A stretch of DNA of 45,336 bases from Histomonas meleagridis 2922-C6/04-290x (taxonomy: Eukaryota; Protista; Parabasalia), in NCBI GenBank assembly GCA_020184695.1, contig JAANOX010000123.1, positions 1-45,336 of the forward strand, read 5' to 3'. A program made the position numbers and the translations under genes. Shown here one piece after another: positions 10,046-20,990 of this stretch. Numbering within the stretch: position 1 is the stretch's first letter; each line of letters begins with the position of its first letter. The notes beneath the pieces are model-generated. The model made no database searches, was not told the DNA's origin, and saw only the letters and a program-made list of their open reading frames with translations.

Positions 10046-13000
10046 ATGAACGAAATTTTTAGCAATATCCAAAAATTAATAACAGAACAAAAAGTACAAA
10101 ATTGGAACTACATCATTGGTAAAGAGTTACAAAATTTGGAATTACAAATGGAAGCTCATCCTGAACAAATTAGTGAAGATTACGAAATTATCTTATTATC
10201 GTTATTAAAAACAAATACACATGAGACAAGTCCTGTTGTTGCTCGGACTTTAGGATCTTGCTTATCATATTTCTATAAAATTTATAATAAATCATTTTGG
10301 CAATTTACATCAATCATAACAGAAGAAATTAAAGAAAACAAACTTCCAGCAATTATTGTGCTTGGGTTTGTAACATCTAAAATTGCAGAAGGTTTTAAAT
10401 CTCAACTATCTTTTATGGTGAGTTTTTTATTACGTTGTAATAAGCAAGCAATCCTTCCATACGTTGTTCAATGCTTTAGAAGGATTTTGAAAGGAACAGG
10501 AGTCTTTTTAACAAAATCTATTTCTGAAATATATTCTTTCATTTGTCGCGAAATAAATTCATATTCACTTAAGTTACAAGCTGAATGCATTAAAACTCTT
10601 CCTGTTCTTCTTCGGGATGCAAAAATGCCTCTATCTAAACTCCTTCAATTGATTTCACAATTATTAAAAAATTCTACACTTCGATATACAGTTGCTAAAT
10701 CACTTGCAAAACTTCTTTATTATGATCCAGAAAATTCTAATTCATTTTTAACTCCACTAAAGCATTACTTACAATTTTGTCAAATTGAAGCAAACATCAA
10801 AACAATCTCATCATCATTTGGCATATTTCTTCGATACTATCAACCCATATCAGTTGTTGAACACATAAAATTATTTGTTAATTTTTTAATTTCATTAGTT
10901 ACTGACTTACAAATATCATTACCATATTTATTAGTATTAACTAATTCACTTGTTGATGCCATAATTCAACGAACAGGGGAGACTGTTTCAGAACTTCTAT
11001 GCCATGAAATTCTCGAAGCTGTTTCCAAAGGCCCAACGACACAAGGAAAAGCCATCATTCTAATAACCGTCTTTTCAACTCACAAGTCATATTCGAAAGA
11101 TTTACTTTCTGCTGGAAGAATAATTTTTCCATTATTAACAACACCACAAGAAAATTTGAGGAAATGTTCATCATATTTTTATGGATGTTTATCAAAATTT
11201 CATCATAAAACAGGCGCGGCATTTTTTTTATCATTTATTAATTTCTTAACAGATCAACAAATGACGCCAACATCGATTGAAGTTGATGGATTTTCTCAAG
11301 CAATTTCATCAATTATTTTATCCTTTAATATCCCAACTGAGAAAGCGTTTAATATGTCAATTAATTTTTTACAAACTATAAATGATTTATCATCGATTTA
11401 TATTTCATGTTCATTTTTAATATTATCATCGATTTATTATAAGAATGATCCAATTATTAATGATGTAATAATGAAATGTTTAAATAATTTCTTTAAAGAA
11501 CCAATTTCGAATCCAAAATATTATAAAACATTAGAAAACATTTCAATTTATTTACTTCAAGTCATTAAAAAGAAGCCGAATAATTTCAAAGATTATGAAC
11601 AAATATTACGTTCATATATTAAATATTTCCCAACTACAATTCCACATTGTTCAACTATTTCGTTAATATGTTTTTGGAAGATAATTAAAGAATGTCAATT
11701 TGTTTGGCATAAAAACAAAAAAATTGCAAATGATATGACACAACATTCATATAATATCTTAAAGAAATTATATACAGATAAAGAAGTCGATCATATCTTT
11801 AAAATTCCATTTAATTCGGAGCCATTAAATGAATTATATAACATTAAAATCATTGATATAAACAATGATTATCTTAATAATAATATTAAATCGATTTTCC
11901 ATTATTTAATTGAAGATATTAATATACCATTTAAAGCATTATTAATTAAAGAAATATTAAATGACTTCCAAACATGGATATTAATATCAGAGAAAACAAA
12001 TATAATTCATTTCATAAATGTTTTGTTTTCTAAAGATAATTCGAATACTTTAATACATCTTTCATTAATTAGATCATTACTTAATAATAAAAAAATTATT
12101 CCTTATTTACCAAAAGATGGTTTACCATTTTTATTATCATTTGAAAACTCAACGAATTTAAACATTTATAGATATTCCGCTTCTTGTATTATTAAATGGA
12201 TTAAACTATTTCCTGAATTATTAATAAGTTGTTTTGATTATTTAGAAAACTCAAAACATAATAAATTGTTCATTTCATATATAATATATGAATGTTCTAA
12301 ATATAAAATTAATTCACAGATAATTTTACTTTTACATAAAATTATATTAACTGAACCTTCATCAGCTTCATTAATAGCATTAACATCTTTGTTAAGAAAT
12401 AATAAAATTAATAATGAATTTAAACCAATGATATATTCCGTATTAGAAAATAATTTGTTTAATTATTCATTTAATAATACAAACACATTATATTTATGTA
12501 AGTTATGTCTTTTATATTTAAAAGAATGTAATTCATCAATAATTAATTGTTATTTAACATTTCCAATACTAAATAATTATAGTTCTTTAATTGGATATGA
12601 TTTATTAAATTATTTTAATAAAACTATAAAACTTAATGAAATACAAAGAATTAATTATAATAATGAATTAAAGCCACCACTTTTAATATTAAACAAATTA
12701 AAGATATTTAATTCGATTAATGATGTTGAAACATTAATTAATTTATTACAAGAAACTAATTTAACTAATGTTATAAATGAAATTGTTTTATCCATTTTAA
12801 ATAAATCAGATTCAATTGATTATTGGACTGATTTATGTAAAATCATTGTAATAACTAAAAATGTTCCACCAACGAAATTTAAAGGTGACATTAGAGTTAT
12901 ACCATCATATAATTTATTAATATTATCTATGCAAATATTAATAAATATAATCCCTAAAATTAAAAACATTAAACCTATTAAATTAAATGCAATTGATGAT

Positions 13001-14635
13001 ATTGTAGCAATTGCTTTTAATGCTACACAAATGAAAAATACTTATATAGATTTTTATTGCTTTTCTATCATACAATTAATAATTAAAGAATTTATCGATG
13101 TTCGAAATATCGATGGACCACTTTTGAATTTTTATATTTCACAATTTCATCCGATGTTAAATCATGCGTTTGAATTAAATAACATAAAAATTATTTCCGG
13201 TTTTTGTATTGAGTATCTTAATTTCCTTTATGTATCGAATAATTCATTGTTAAATGATGCAATTGAAATTATTACAAAAGGAATTAAGAAAATTGAAGTT
13301 AAAAAAGAAAATTTAGTAATTTTTTGTAGAATTATTTCGAAGTTAATCACTTTAACTAATTCGATTACAAAATATGAAAATTATTGGAAGATATTTAAAG
13401 AATTATTTGAGAAAATATGTAAACAAGAAATTAAACTTAAAGAACTGAATAAAGAATTAACAGATATAATATTTGTAATAATAAATTTAAGTGATAAATT
13501 AAACATTAACATTGAAATAATACCAATTTTATTATTAAAAGAATTAAGTCAAACTAAATCATTAATAATACTTAAAACATTTACTAAAATTATCACTAAA
13601 ATACAAACGAAACAAGAAATCATTGATTATTCAATTTCAATATTTTGTAATTCTTTTAAATATGAACAAAATATTAATAATAAAAATGAGATAATTGATT
13701 CAACTGAATTTATAATATATCCGAAAAAAGAAAATAATTTTTATTTCGATTATTTGAAATCGATTTCGTCGATAATACAAAAAGATAAATGGGAAACAAC
13801 TTGGAAAAACTTATTAAAGTTAAGTTTAAATGAACCAATTTGTTATTCATCATTAAGTTATTTATTAAAAAGTGTCTCCAAGAATAATTTCGATATATTA
13901 ATTTCATCAATATGTACTAAAACTATAAATAATTCTAAAGAATGTATTTCATTATTTATACAATTGATTAATATAATTACACCTGATTACATTGATTATA
14001 TTATTACTTCATTAATAAATTCGAATTTAATTGAGTATAATAATAAATTGGAAATAATTTTCTTCGCGTTAAAAGTTTTTGGTAATTATGAATTAAATTC
14101 GATTAATAATTTGTCAAAATTTTTGATCGAAAATAATTTGGTTCCAAATGGAATTAATTTCATTGGTTCTTTACTAATAAATAATAATAAAAACTTGAAA
14201 ATTTCCGGTATAAATTTGTTATATAATGGAATTTTGGAAAATGTAATTAAAGCAATTCCAAATAATTTGAAAAGTTTCCCAAGAATTCTTTTGTTCTTTG
14301 ACATATGTTTGGATGCTATAAAATCGATTTTTAATGAAAATGATGTGAAATTGTTCGAACATAATTTAGTTTCGATTCTTTTCACTTGCGTTTTATTAGT
14401 AAAAAATCAAAGAGGTATCGAACATATAATTTCGATTGCATGCGAAATTTTAAGGAAAATTAATAAGGAAACATTAGAGGAAAAATGGAAAATAGAAAAA
14501 AGAAAAGAAGATTTAGTAAACATAATAAATAAAGGAATGAAAAAGGATAACGGAGAAATAGAACTGAAATTGTTCGCTAACACAACACAAAGAAAATCTA
14601 ATTCCGCATGGCAAGATCTGGAAATTTGTGATTAA
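10046..14635 (+). CDS. HEATR5: HEATR5/Laa1-like HEAT-repeat protein (AP-1 accessory)
   Basis: The N-terminus SPVVARTLGSCLSYFY...KLPAIIVLGFV resembles HEATR5 GPPTRKLLAKNLAALY...KLAAVACVG. Internal IDDIVAIAFNAT...IIKEF...LLNFYISQFHPMLNHAF resembles LSDLIRMAFMAAT...IIKKF...ILEQYQANVGAALRPAF. The ORF-track start at 10034 is a TTG. Confidence 0.8.
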   Translation: MNEIFSNIQKLITEQKVQNWNYIIGKELQNLELQMEAHPEQISEDYEIILLSLLKTNTHETSPVVARTLGSCLSYFYKIYNKSFWQFTSIITEEIKENKLPAIIVLGFVTSKIAEGFKSQLSFMVSFLLRCNKQAILPYVVQCFRRILKGTGVFLTKSISEIYSFICREINSYSLKLQAECIKTLPVLLRDAKMPLSKLLQLISQLLKNSTLRYTVAKSLAKLLYYDPENSNSFLTPLKHYLQFCQIEANIKTISSSFGIFLRYYQPISVVEHIKLFVNFLISLVTDLQISLPYLLVLTNSLVDAIIQRTGETVSELLCHEILEAVSKGPTTQGKAIILITVFSTHKSYSKDLLSAGRIIFPLLTTPQENLRKCSSYFYGCLSKFHHKTGAAFFLSFINFLTDQQMTPTSIEVDGFSQAISSIILSFNIPTEKAFNMSINFLQTINDLSSIYISCSFLILSSIYYKNDPIINDVIMKCLNNFFKEPISNPKYYKTLENISIYLLQVIKKKPNNFKDYEQILRSYIKYFPTTIPHCSTISLICFWKIIKECQFVWHKNKKIANDMTQHSYNILKKLYTDKEVDHIFKIPFNSEPLNELYNIKIIDINNDYLNNNIKSIFHYLIEDINIPFKALLIKEILNDFQTWILISEKTNIIHFINVLFSKDNSNTLIHLSLIRSLLNNKKIIPYLPKDGLPFLLSFENSTNLNIYRYSASCIIKWIKLFPELLISCFDYLENSKHNKLFISYIIYECSKYKINSQIILLLHKIILTEPSSASLIALTSLLRNNKINNEFKPMIYSVLENNLFNYSFNNTNTLYLCKLCLLYLKECNSSIINCYLTFPILNNYSSLIGYDLLNYFNKTIKLNEIQRINYNNELKPPLLILNKLKIFNSINDVETLINLLQETNLTNVINEIVLSILNKSDSIDYWTDLCKIIVITKNVPPTKFKGDIRVIPSYNLLILSMQILINIIPKIKNIKPIKLNAIDDIVAIAFNATQMKNTYIDFYCFSIIQLIIKEFIDVRNIDGPLLNFYISQFHPMLNHAFELNNIKIISGFCIEYLNFLYVSNNSLLNDAIEIITKGIKKIEVKKENLVIFCRIISKLITLTNSITKYENYWKIFKELFEKICKQEIKLKELNKELTDIIFVIINLSDKLNINIEIIPILLLKELSQTKSLIILKTFTKIITKIQTKQEIIDYSISIFCNSFKYEQNINNKNEIIDSTEFIIYPKKENNFYFDYLKSISSIIQKDKWETTWKNLLKLSLNEPICYSSLSYLLKSVSKNNFDILISSICTKTINNSKECISLFIQLINIITPDYIDYIITSLINSNLIEYNNKLEIIFFALKVFGNYELNSINNLSKFLIENNLVPNGINFIGSLLINNNKNLKISGINLLYNGILENVIKAIPNNLKSFPRILLFFDICLDAIKSIFNENDVKLFEHNLVSILFTCVLLVKNQRGIEHIISIACEILRKINKETLEEKWKIEKRKEDLVNIINKGMKKDNGEIELKLFANTTQRKSNSAWQDLEICD

Positions 14636-14903
14636 AATATAAATTATATCGATAAACATTTTATAAAAATAAAATTTGTTTTTTTTAAAACATTTGGTCA
14701 TTAATACTGTACGACTTTGAAGATTCTCTAATACTTTTTGATTATTCATCCAACTCCAACAGTAGCTCATATAATACTTGTGGAATTAAATGAAGTGAAT
14801 GACTTAGATGAAAATTATTAAATAATTCATGAAGTCTTAGATTTAAGAAAACAACAAGTAAATATATATTTATTAAAAATACAATAATAATAAAATTTAT
14901 ACA

Positions 14904-16067
14904 TTAAAATATCTTTTTCATCTTAAGAATGTCGCCAAATGCTTTCTTCCGATATTGCACAGACATCCTCATTCGATCCCTTTTCTTCAACAAAGATTTA
15001 TTCACAAGCACACGATGGATTATTCCTCTATTAGAATTTGCATCAAGTGATCTTCTCACGCCTAATGCTGGAAGTTTCATGATATCTTTTCCTATTTCTG
15101 GCACATGAACTTCCAAAACATTTTGAGAACTTTCTGCACGATGAATAACCGTCCAATCGTAAACGTAATCGTAAGTGAAATTCATCCGAATGAAGAGATC
15201 GCGAAAATTCTTCCGTAACATTTCGTAAGGAGGTCGCTCATCGAACTCAAGATAACGGACTGTTTGGAAATATGTGACAAATTCATGAGGAATACTTTCA
15301 CATAATTTTTCATATGATATTGACATCTTCGCATCTGCTATTTTTTCAAGTTTCTCTTTGGTCGTAGTAGCTTGAAAGCCTTGCCATGGAAGACGTCCTA
15401 CAAGAAGATATATAAGAACATATCCAATGGATTCAAGATCATCTCGACGACTTTGCTCAATACGTAAGTGTGTGTTAACAGAAACATATCGAGCTGTTCC
15501 TGTAAGTTCTTTGTTTTCAAGATAAGGAATGTGTTGATGAGTTTTTGGATCTCGATATTTTTTTGCAAGACCAAAGTCTATTAAATAAATTTGATTATTG
15601 TTCTTGTTTGAACCAATCATAATATTCTCTGGTTTGATGTCACGGTGTATATAATTCTTTTCATGAAGATATTGTATTATGAGAAGAATCTGATCTGCAA
15701 TCATAAGAACTGTTTTAAGAGAAAAACACTTATTTGGAGAGAGCTGTAAAAGGTCTTCAAGAGATTTATCTAAAAGATCCATAACAAGTACTCTGTAATT
15801 TCCTTCGGTACCATCCCAATGAATAATGGGAATCCCAGGTGAACCGCTGATTGATCTATAAATTTTGCATTCTTTCTTTAACTGTGAGTGTAAAGAAGTA
15901 TTTTCTTCGAGTTTAATAGCATATAAATCATGATTAACAAGATGTTCACATTTGTAGATTTGTCCAAAACATCCAGCCCCTATCTGTTCAATTATTTTAT
16001 ACCTAGATCCAACAATTTCAAAATCAATCGTTTTGTTACATATTTTGGGTAATTCTGCATTTTCCAT
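14904..16067 (-). CDS. CK1: Casein kinase 1 family Ser/Thr kinase
   Basis: IGAGCFGQIY, AIKLE, HRDIKPEN, IDFGLAKKYRD, LTGTARYVS, EQSRRDDLES; basic C-terminal tail. Confidence 0.96.
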   Translation of the reverse strand: MENAELPKICNKTIDFEIVGSRYKIIEQIGAGCFGQIYKCEHLVNHDLYAIKLEENTSLHSQLKKECKIYRSISGSPGIPIIHWDGTEGNYRVLVMDLLDKSLEDLLQLSPNKCFSLKTVLMIADQILLIIQYLHEKNYIHRDIKPENIMIGSNKNNNQIYLIDFGLAKKYRDPKTHQHIPYLENKELTGTARYVSVNTHLRIEQSRRDDLESIGYVLIYLLVGRLPWQGFQATTTKEKLEKIADAKMSISYEKLCESIPHEFVTYFQTVRYLEFDERPPYEMLRKNFRDLFIRMNFTYDYVYDWTVIHRAESSQNVLEVHVPEIGKDIMKLPALGVRRSLDANSNRGIIHRVLVNKSLLKKRDRMRMSVQYRKKAFGDILKMKKIF

Positions 16068-16290
16068 TTGGTTGCAGCTAGGAACGTTATGAATTCAATT
16101 ATCGATGCGAAGGTTTTTTTTAGTAAAATGATTTTGAGTTTTTTTGAAAATAAGTAAAGTAAAAATTTATTTATTCTTGATAATTCGATATATTCACTCT
16201 TATCAATTGAAATAAATATTACCCAAGTGATGTTTATTTGCATATCTAGGTAGTAATTATCATCCAAAAAATTTAAAAACTAAAAAACGA

Positions 16291-16297
16291 AAAAAAA
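16291..16297 (-). terminator. RNA Pol III oligo-T terminator
   Basis: A T7 run on the minus strand begins 1 nt after the tRNA discriminator base. Confidence 0.8.
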
Positions 16298-16298
16298 T

Positions 16299-16371
16299 CA
16301 CCTTCGACGGGACTCGAACCCGCAACCCCAGGATTAAAAGTCCTATGCTCTAACCGTTGAGCTACGGAGGT
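16299..16371 (-). tRNA. tRNA-Lys (anticodon TTT), intronless, 73 nt
   Basis: Reverse complement folds as ACCTCCG TA GCTC AACGGTTA GAGC A TAGGA CTTTTAA TCCTG GGGTT GCGGG TTCGAGT CCCGT CGAAGGT G: a full cloverleaf with one C5-A68 acceptor-stem mismatch. Confidence 0.95.
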
Positions 16372-16851
16372 TCCTGTGTTAGTTTAAAATAATAATCTAA
16401 TAATTATATTCATCATATTTTGATAACATTGGTTCAATCATATAGGTACGAATATAAAAATATCTCAAAGCAACAAATTCTTCAAATCGTAGAGGATAAT
16501 GTATAAATTATGAGTTCATAAAATAATTTTATTATATTGCCACGTTTGGTCAAATCTGCAGTTCCAAATTTGAAATAATTATTATATATGGAACACATAT
16601 TCAAATTTGAAGGGAAAAATTCGGGGAGTTGAAGTTTTCATACGGGAGTTATTGGCAGTTTTCATAATCGGCCAAAATCCAATTTTATACAAAAATTTGA
16701 TAAAAATAAACAAAAAGTTATCTGAATTGATTAATAGACCGTTAAATAACTGATTTTTAAAAACACGATAATCTTTACCTGACTTCCACTGATTCATCAA
16801 GATAAAATTGAACTAAACCACCATCTAGATTCAAGGTATTCTGAACTTGCT

Positions 16852-19800
16852 ATGAGTCAAGAATTTTATCTCCCACAGAAACAAGTTTCAGGAAAAAGAG
16901 ATAATAAGCCAAGAATTAATCTCAAAGCCAGCACACTATTTGGAAATTTTATTCTAGATTTTGTTGCTGATAATGCCTTACTTCAATTAAAGGAATCTTT
17001 TGCGATATTCATACTTCCCACAATTATGTCACTTGCGTTTATTGTTTCATGCTTTTACAACATATTTCCTGGTTCTCTAGTTATTGAAACAATACTTAGT
17101 TGTATATATTATAGTTGCTTTGAGTCTAGTATACCAACTATAATTTTCATGAGTCCACCTTTTCATTTTACTATTTTTATTTTAATTCTCTGTTTAATTG
17201 TTTACATTATATTTTATCTCCATAAGAAAAATTTATTTGTTTCCGGTCCCTTAAAATCATTTGCCAATTTTTTTACTTCATCATTATCAGTCGATATATT
17301 ACTATTAGTCATTATAAATTTATTTTCATGCATTTCTTCAATAATATCGACACAAGACGGCAAATATATTGTCATTCCAACTCTAATTTTATTCACATTA
17401 CCAGCATTACTTCTCTGTTCTTACATTGGTATCATTAAATGTGGTATTAATCATACTCCATATTCTACACGAAGTCCATCTTTAATGATCAAATGGTTTG
17501 GCCATCTTTTATTTAATGCTTTTTTATCTATTTTTTGTCGATTTTATCCCGAAAAGCGAAATATACTTTTTTTAATATATTTAATACGTATATTGTCATC
17601 ACTTAAAATGTTTTATATTACATTTTTTCAACCATATCATTTTTCATATTATATGCAATTAATGTCGATATTATTATCTGAGTTTACATTAATTTTTTCT
17701 CTTGGCGGTGCGTTTTTACAACTTTTTTCATCATATATCGAAATTATTCAATATATATTTATCGGAATAATAATAATATTTATAATTATTTCAATTATAA
17801 TATTTCATATTCGAAAGAAAAAATATGAAAAAATTGGACAAACATTTGAAATTACAGATTTAAATCATTTAACAAAAAATGAAATAATTTATATATTGTT
17901 ATATCATGATCCATTAATATCAAATAATATATCTAATTGTGAAGTAATATCAACAATATTTAGAAATAATATGGAAGACATTGAAATGTGTATATTTTTA
18001 TTACGTTATTTAGAACATGGTTCAAATAATTTCCAAACATTTTTCGAAATTAGTGAAAGTTTATTACGTTTACATAATTTAAATTTATTTAATTTATTAC
18101 TTTTAGGTTCTGTTGTCGAAAAAGTCACTGAAATATCAGAGAACATTGAAGATAAATCAATTAAACAAAAACAGTTAGATATGTTATTACAAAGATGTTA
18201 TAATTCACATTATGAATTTTGGAAATCGATTTTATTATCATCATCAGATAAAGTATTATATTATTCACGAAAGATTGAAGAGAATTCATCAAATTTAGAA
18301 AAGTTTTTTAAGAATTATTTAATCGATGAATTCTCTGAAGATAATTTTGCAATGAAATATATCGAATTTGTGAAGAATATTACTGTCGATTTAACTAAGT
18401 TACAATTAACTAATATCCAATCTGATAATGATGAAGATCAAGAAAATTTAAAACCGAAATTAATACAAAAAAAATTAATAAATATTAATCAGAAAAACAT
18501 TGAGTTTTGTGAATCAATTAATAAGTCATTTGTAGAACAACGAAAATGTTTATTATTATTTACATATTTTATTCATTCGATTGCATTAGTATTTGCAGTT
18601 GTTATTATTATATTCTTTTTTTATTTCTTATTTCGATTTTCTCATTCAAGTGCAGTGATTCAACCATTTTTACAATATTCGAAACCAATATATCAAACGA
18701 CGTATGAAGTTTTATATTTATTATTATATTATTATTATTATTATGATATTACAAATAATTATTCAGTTCCTGAAATCGAAGTTGTTAAATTTGAATGTCA
18801 ACAAATTCTTAATACGGAATTTCCGGATATTATTAATGAATATAATTTAATTGATAAAACTTTGATAAATAATTATTATAATTATATATTAGAAGTTTTA
18901 GATCATTTAATGTTAAATATTACTATTAATTATCAGAAATTAGAAAGATATAGTTTACAAATATTAAATAATTATATTAATTCAACAAATCTTTTATATC
19001 ATAAATATTATACTTTACTTAATCAACATAATAGTATTTATTTATATTCATTAATATCTTTAGCTTGTGTTTATTCATTTTTAATATTCGTTACAATAAT
19101 TTTATTTATGATTATATCAAAGAAATTAAAACGTTTATCATATTTACCATTTCGAATACCAAAGAATTCAGTTTCTAAACTTGTTAATAAATATTCTCAA
19201 TTTTCGAATAAATTATTTCAACCGATTAAAACTAAATTAATACCTCAATACATAATAATACCATTAACAACATTTATTACTATTATTATTAATATAATAA
19301 TACAAATTGTAATGATAATATCATATAAACTTGTATTAACACAATATATTAATACTATTCATGAAACATTAGAATTAAACTTAGCTATGTCTACAATCCA
19401 AATTTCTTATTATCCAATTTTAGCATCAGCATTTATAGTTGATTATAATGAAATCGATAGCAATTCAATATGTATAATGTATACATTTTATGATTTATTA
19501 TATGATTTTGATCCAATTCCTCATTCACCAAAAATTGATGTTCAATGTAATGAAACTAATACGCATAATAATATAACTATAGTACCTATACGATATTTAA
19601 ACTTAATACAATATAATTATTCACTTTCATCATTATTATTTTTTCAATTACATAACATTGCATTTATCTTTGCACAAAAAATTAATCCTGAAAAGCAATA
19701 TATTAATACTTTTAGCCAAGCGACGTTTTTACCATTTGATTTTAGCACTATATTTATTGATAAAATATTAAATATATTTAAAGAACAATCATCGAAACAT

Positions 19801-20898
19801 ATATTTATCTTAGTATATATTATATTAATATATTCATTTATTCAAATTGCATATTTTATTAGAACAATTTCTTCATATAAATCTGCATTAAAATTCATAA
19901 AATTGTTTATACGAATTTGCGCATTTTTACCTGATGAATCACCTTTTTATGATTCATTTAGTGAATTTTATAATGGTAAAGCTAAAATTAAAAGTATTTT
20001 AACTGATGAATTAATTGAAGATTTACCTTATGGTATTATTTTCATAAATAAAAATGGAAATATTAAATATATGAACAAATTTGCAATTAATATAACACAA
20101 ATAACGAATTATAATAAATTAAATGAATTACCGAAAGAAATTATTACTAATGATGGAAAAAAACATTTTTTAGATTATGTTCTAATCAAAAACAATAAAT
20201 TTGTTAATGATGAATTTGGTACAAGAATTAAATTTAATGGAAAATGTATATTATTATATGATATAACTGAATTAACTAAAATGAAATTAAAAGAACAAAA
20301 ATTAGAAAATGAAATTATTCAATTAGAGAAATTATTATTATTTCCTTCATGGTATGATGATATTCAAAATCAAGATAAAATACTTTTAATAAGTCATTTC
20401 ATTGTAATTGATATAATATTTAAACCTGGATTATCAGTTGAAAAATTAAATGAAATTATCGACCAAATTAATATTAATTCCGAATCTTATACAACGTTAA
20501 TGTATAAAAAATTACAACGTTTTAGTTTTTATTTGTTATTTAATTCGTACTCAAACATCGAAAACAAAAGACAATATATTAAAGAGCCATTGTCTTTAGC
20601 TGCGATTTTAATGAAATTATATGCAGATGATTGTAAAATGTCAATATTAAATGGTTCGCAATGTTTATTAGAAGTGTCTAATCAAGAAAATAAAGATTAC
20701 TTATCACTGTATTCAAGTACTTTAGTGGTGTCAAGTACAATTCTAAAAGAAGTCGACTACGGCGAAGTCGTGGTCGATATGTTTGTGATGAAATCTATGA
20801 TGAACACACAATATAAAATAGAAAGAATCCGACAATTTAATGCTCCAAATGGAAAATTGGATTATTATGTGATAAAGTCATCTGACGTAGTACACTGA
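16852..20898 (+). CDS. Multi-pass membrane protein with PAS domain and degenerate class III nucleotidyl cyclase-like C-terminus (transmembrane adenylyl cyclase-like architecture)
   Basis: A cluster of N-terminal hydrophobic helices plus further internal TM segments. PAS-like LIEDLPYGIIFINKNGNIKYMNKFA. The C-terminal FIVIDII...LNEII...YKKLQRFSFYLLF...YSSTLVVSSTI...GEVVVD follows cyclase motif order. Confidence 0.65.
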   Translation: MSQEFYLPQKQVSGKRDNKPRINLKASTLFGNFILDFVADNALLQLKESFAIFILPTIMSLAFIVSCFYNIFPGSLVIETILSCIYYSCFESSIPTIIFMSPPFHFTIFILILCLIVYIIFYLHKKNLFVSGPLKSFANFFTSSLSVDILLLVIINLFSCISSIISTQDGKYIVIPTLILFTLPALLLCSYIGIIKCGINHTPYSTRSPSLMIKWFGHLLFNAFLSIFCRFYPEKRNILFLIYLIRILSSLKMFYITFFQPYHFSYYMQLMSILLSEFTLIFSLGGAFLQLFSSYIEIIQYIFIGIIIIFIIISIIIFHIRKKKYEKIGQTFEITDLNHLTKNEIIYILLYHDPLISNNISNCEVISTIFRNNMEDIEMCIFLLRYLEHGSNNFQTFFEISESLLRLHNLNLFNLLLLGSVVEKVTEISENIEDKSIKQKQLDMLLQRCYNSHYEFWKSILLSSSDKVLYYSRKIEENSSNLEKFFKNYLIDEFSEDNFAMKYIEFVKNITVDLTKLQLTNIQSDNDEDQENLKPKLIQKKLININQKNIEFCESINKSFVEQRKCLLLFTYFIHSIALVFAVVIIIFFFYFLFRFSHSSAVIQPFLQYSKPIYQTTYEVLYLLLYYYYYYDITNNYSVPEIEVVKFECQQILNTEFPDIINEYNLIDKTLINNYYNYILEVLDHLMLNITINYQKLERYSLQILNNYINSTNLLYHKYYTLLNQHNSIYLYSLISLACVYSFLIFVTIILFMIISKKLKRLSYLPFRIPKNSVSKLVNKYSQFSNKLFQPIKTKLIPQYIIIPLTTFITIIINIIIQIVMIISYKLVLTQYINTIHETLELNLAMSTIQISYYPILASAFIVDYNEIDSNSICIMYTFYDLLYDFDPIPHSPKIDVQCNETNTHNNITIVPIRYLNLIQYNYSLSSLLFFQLHNIAFIFAQKINPEKQYINTFSQATFLPFDFSTIFIDKILNIFKEQSSKHIFILVYIILIYSFIQIAYFIRTISSYKSALKFIKLFIRICAFLPDESPFYDSFSEFYNGKAKIKSILTDELIEDLPYGIIFINKNGNIKYMNKFAINITQITNYNKLNELPKEIITNDGKKHFLDYVLIKNNKFVNDEFGTRIKFNGKCILLYDITELTKMKLKEQKLENEIIQLEKLLLFPSWYDDIQNQDKILLISHFIVIDIIFKPGLSVEKLNEIIDQININSESYTTLMYKKLQRFSFYLLFNSYSNIENKRQYIKEPLSLAAILMKLYADDCKMSILNGSQCLLEVSNQENKDYLSLYSSTLVVSSTILKEVDYGEVVVDMFVMKSMMNTQYKIERIRQFNAPNGKLDYYVIKSSDVVH

Positions 20899-20990
20899 TT
20901 ATCTTTTTTTGTTAATAATAAATTGTTTGAATTATTAATTTTTTTCTATTTAAAATATTCTTCAAAGAAATTTGAGGAATAGTAATTGAA

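Noticed and set aside
16374-16383. ACTAACACAG on the minus strand, resembling the trichomonad branch point/3' splice motif ACTAACACACAG
   Set aside because: It is two nt shorter than the motif, lies immediately 5' of a tRNA rather than in a CDS, and I found no matching 5' splice site.
16622-16666. Imperfect 21/24-bp tandem duplication (cggggagtt...gttttcata)
   Set aside because: Only two degenerate copies, with no associated feature.
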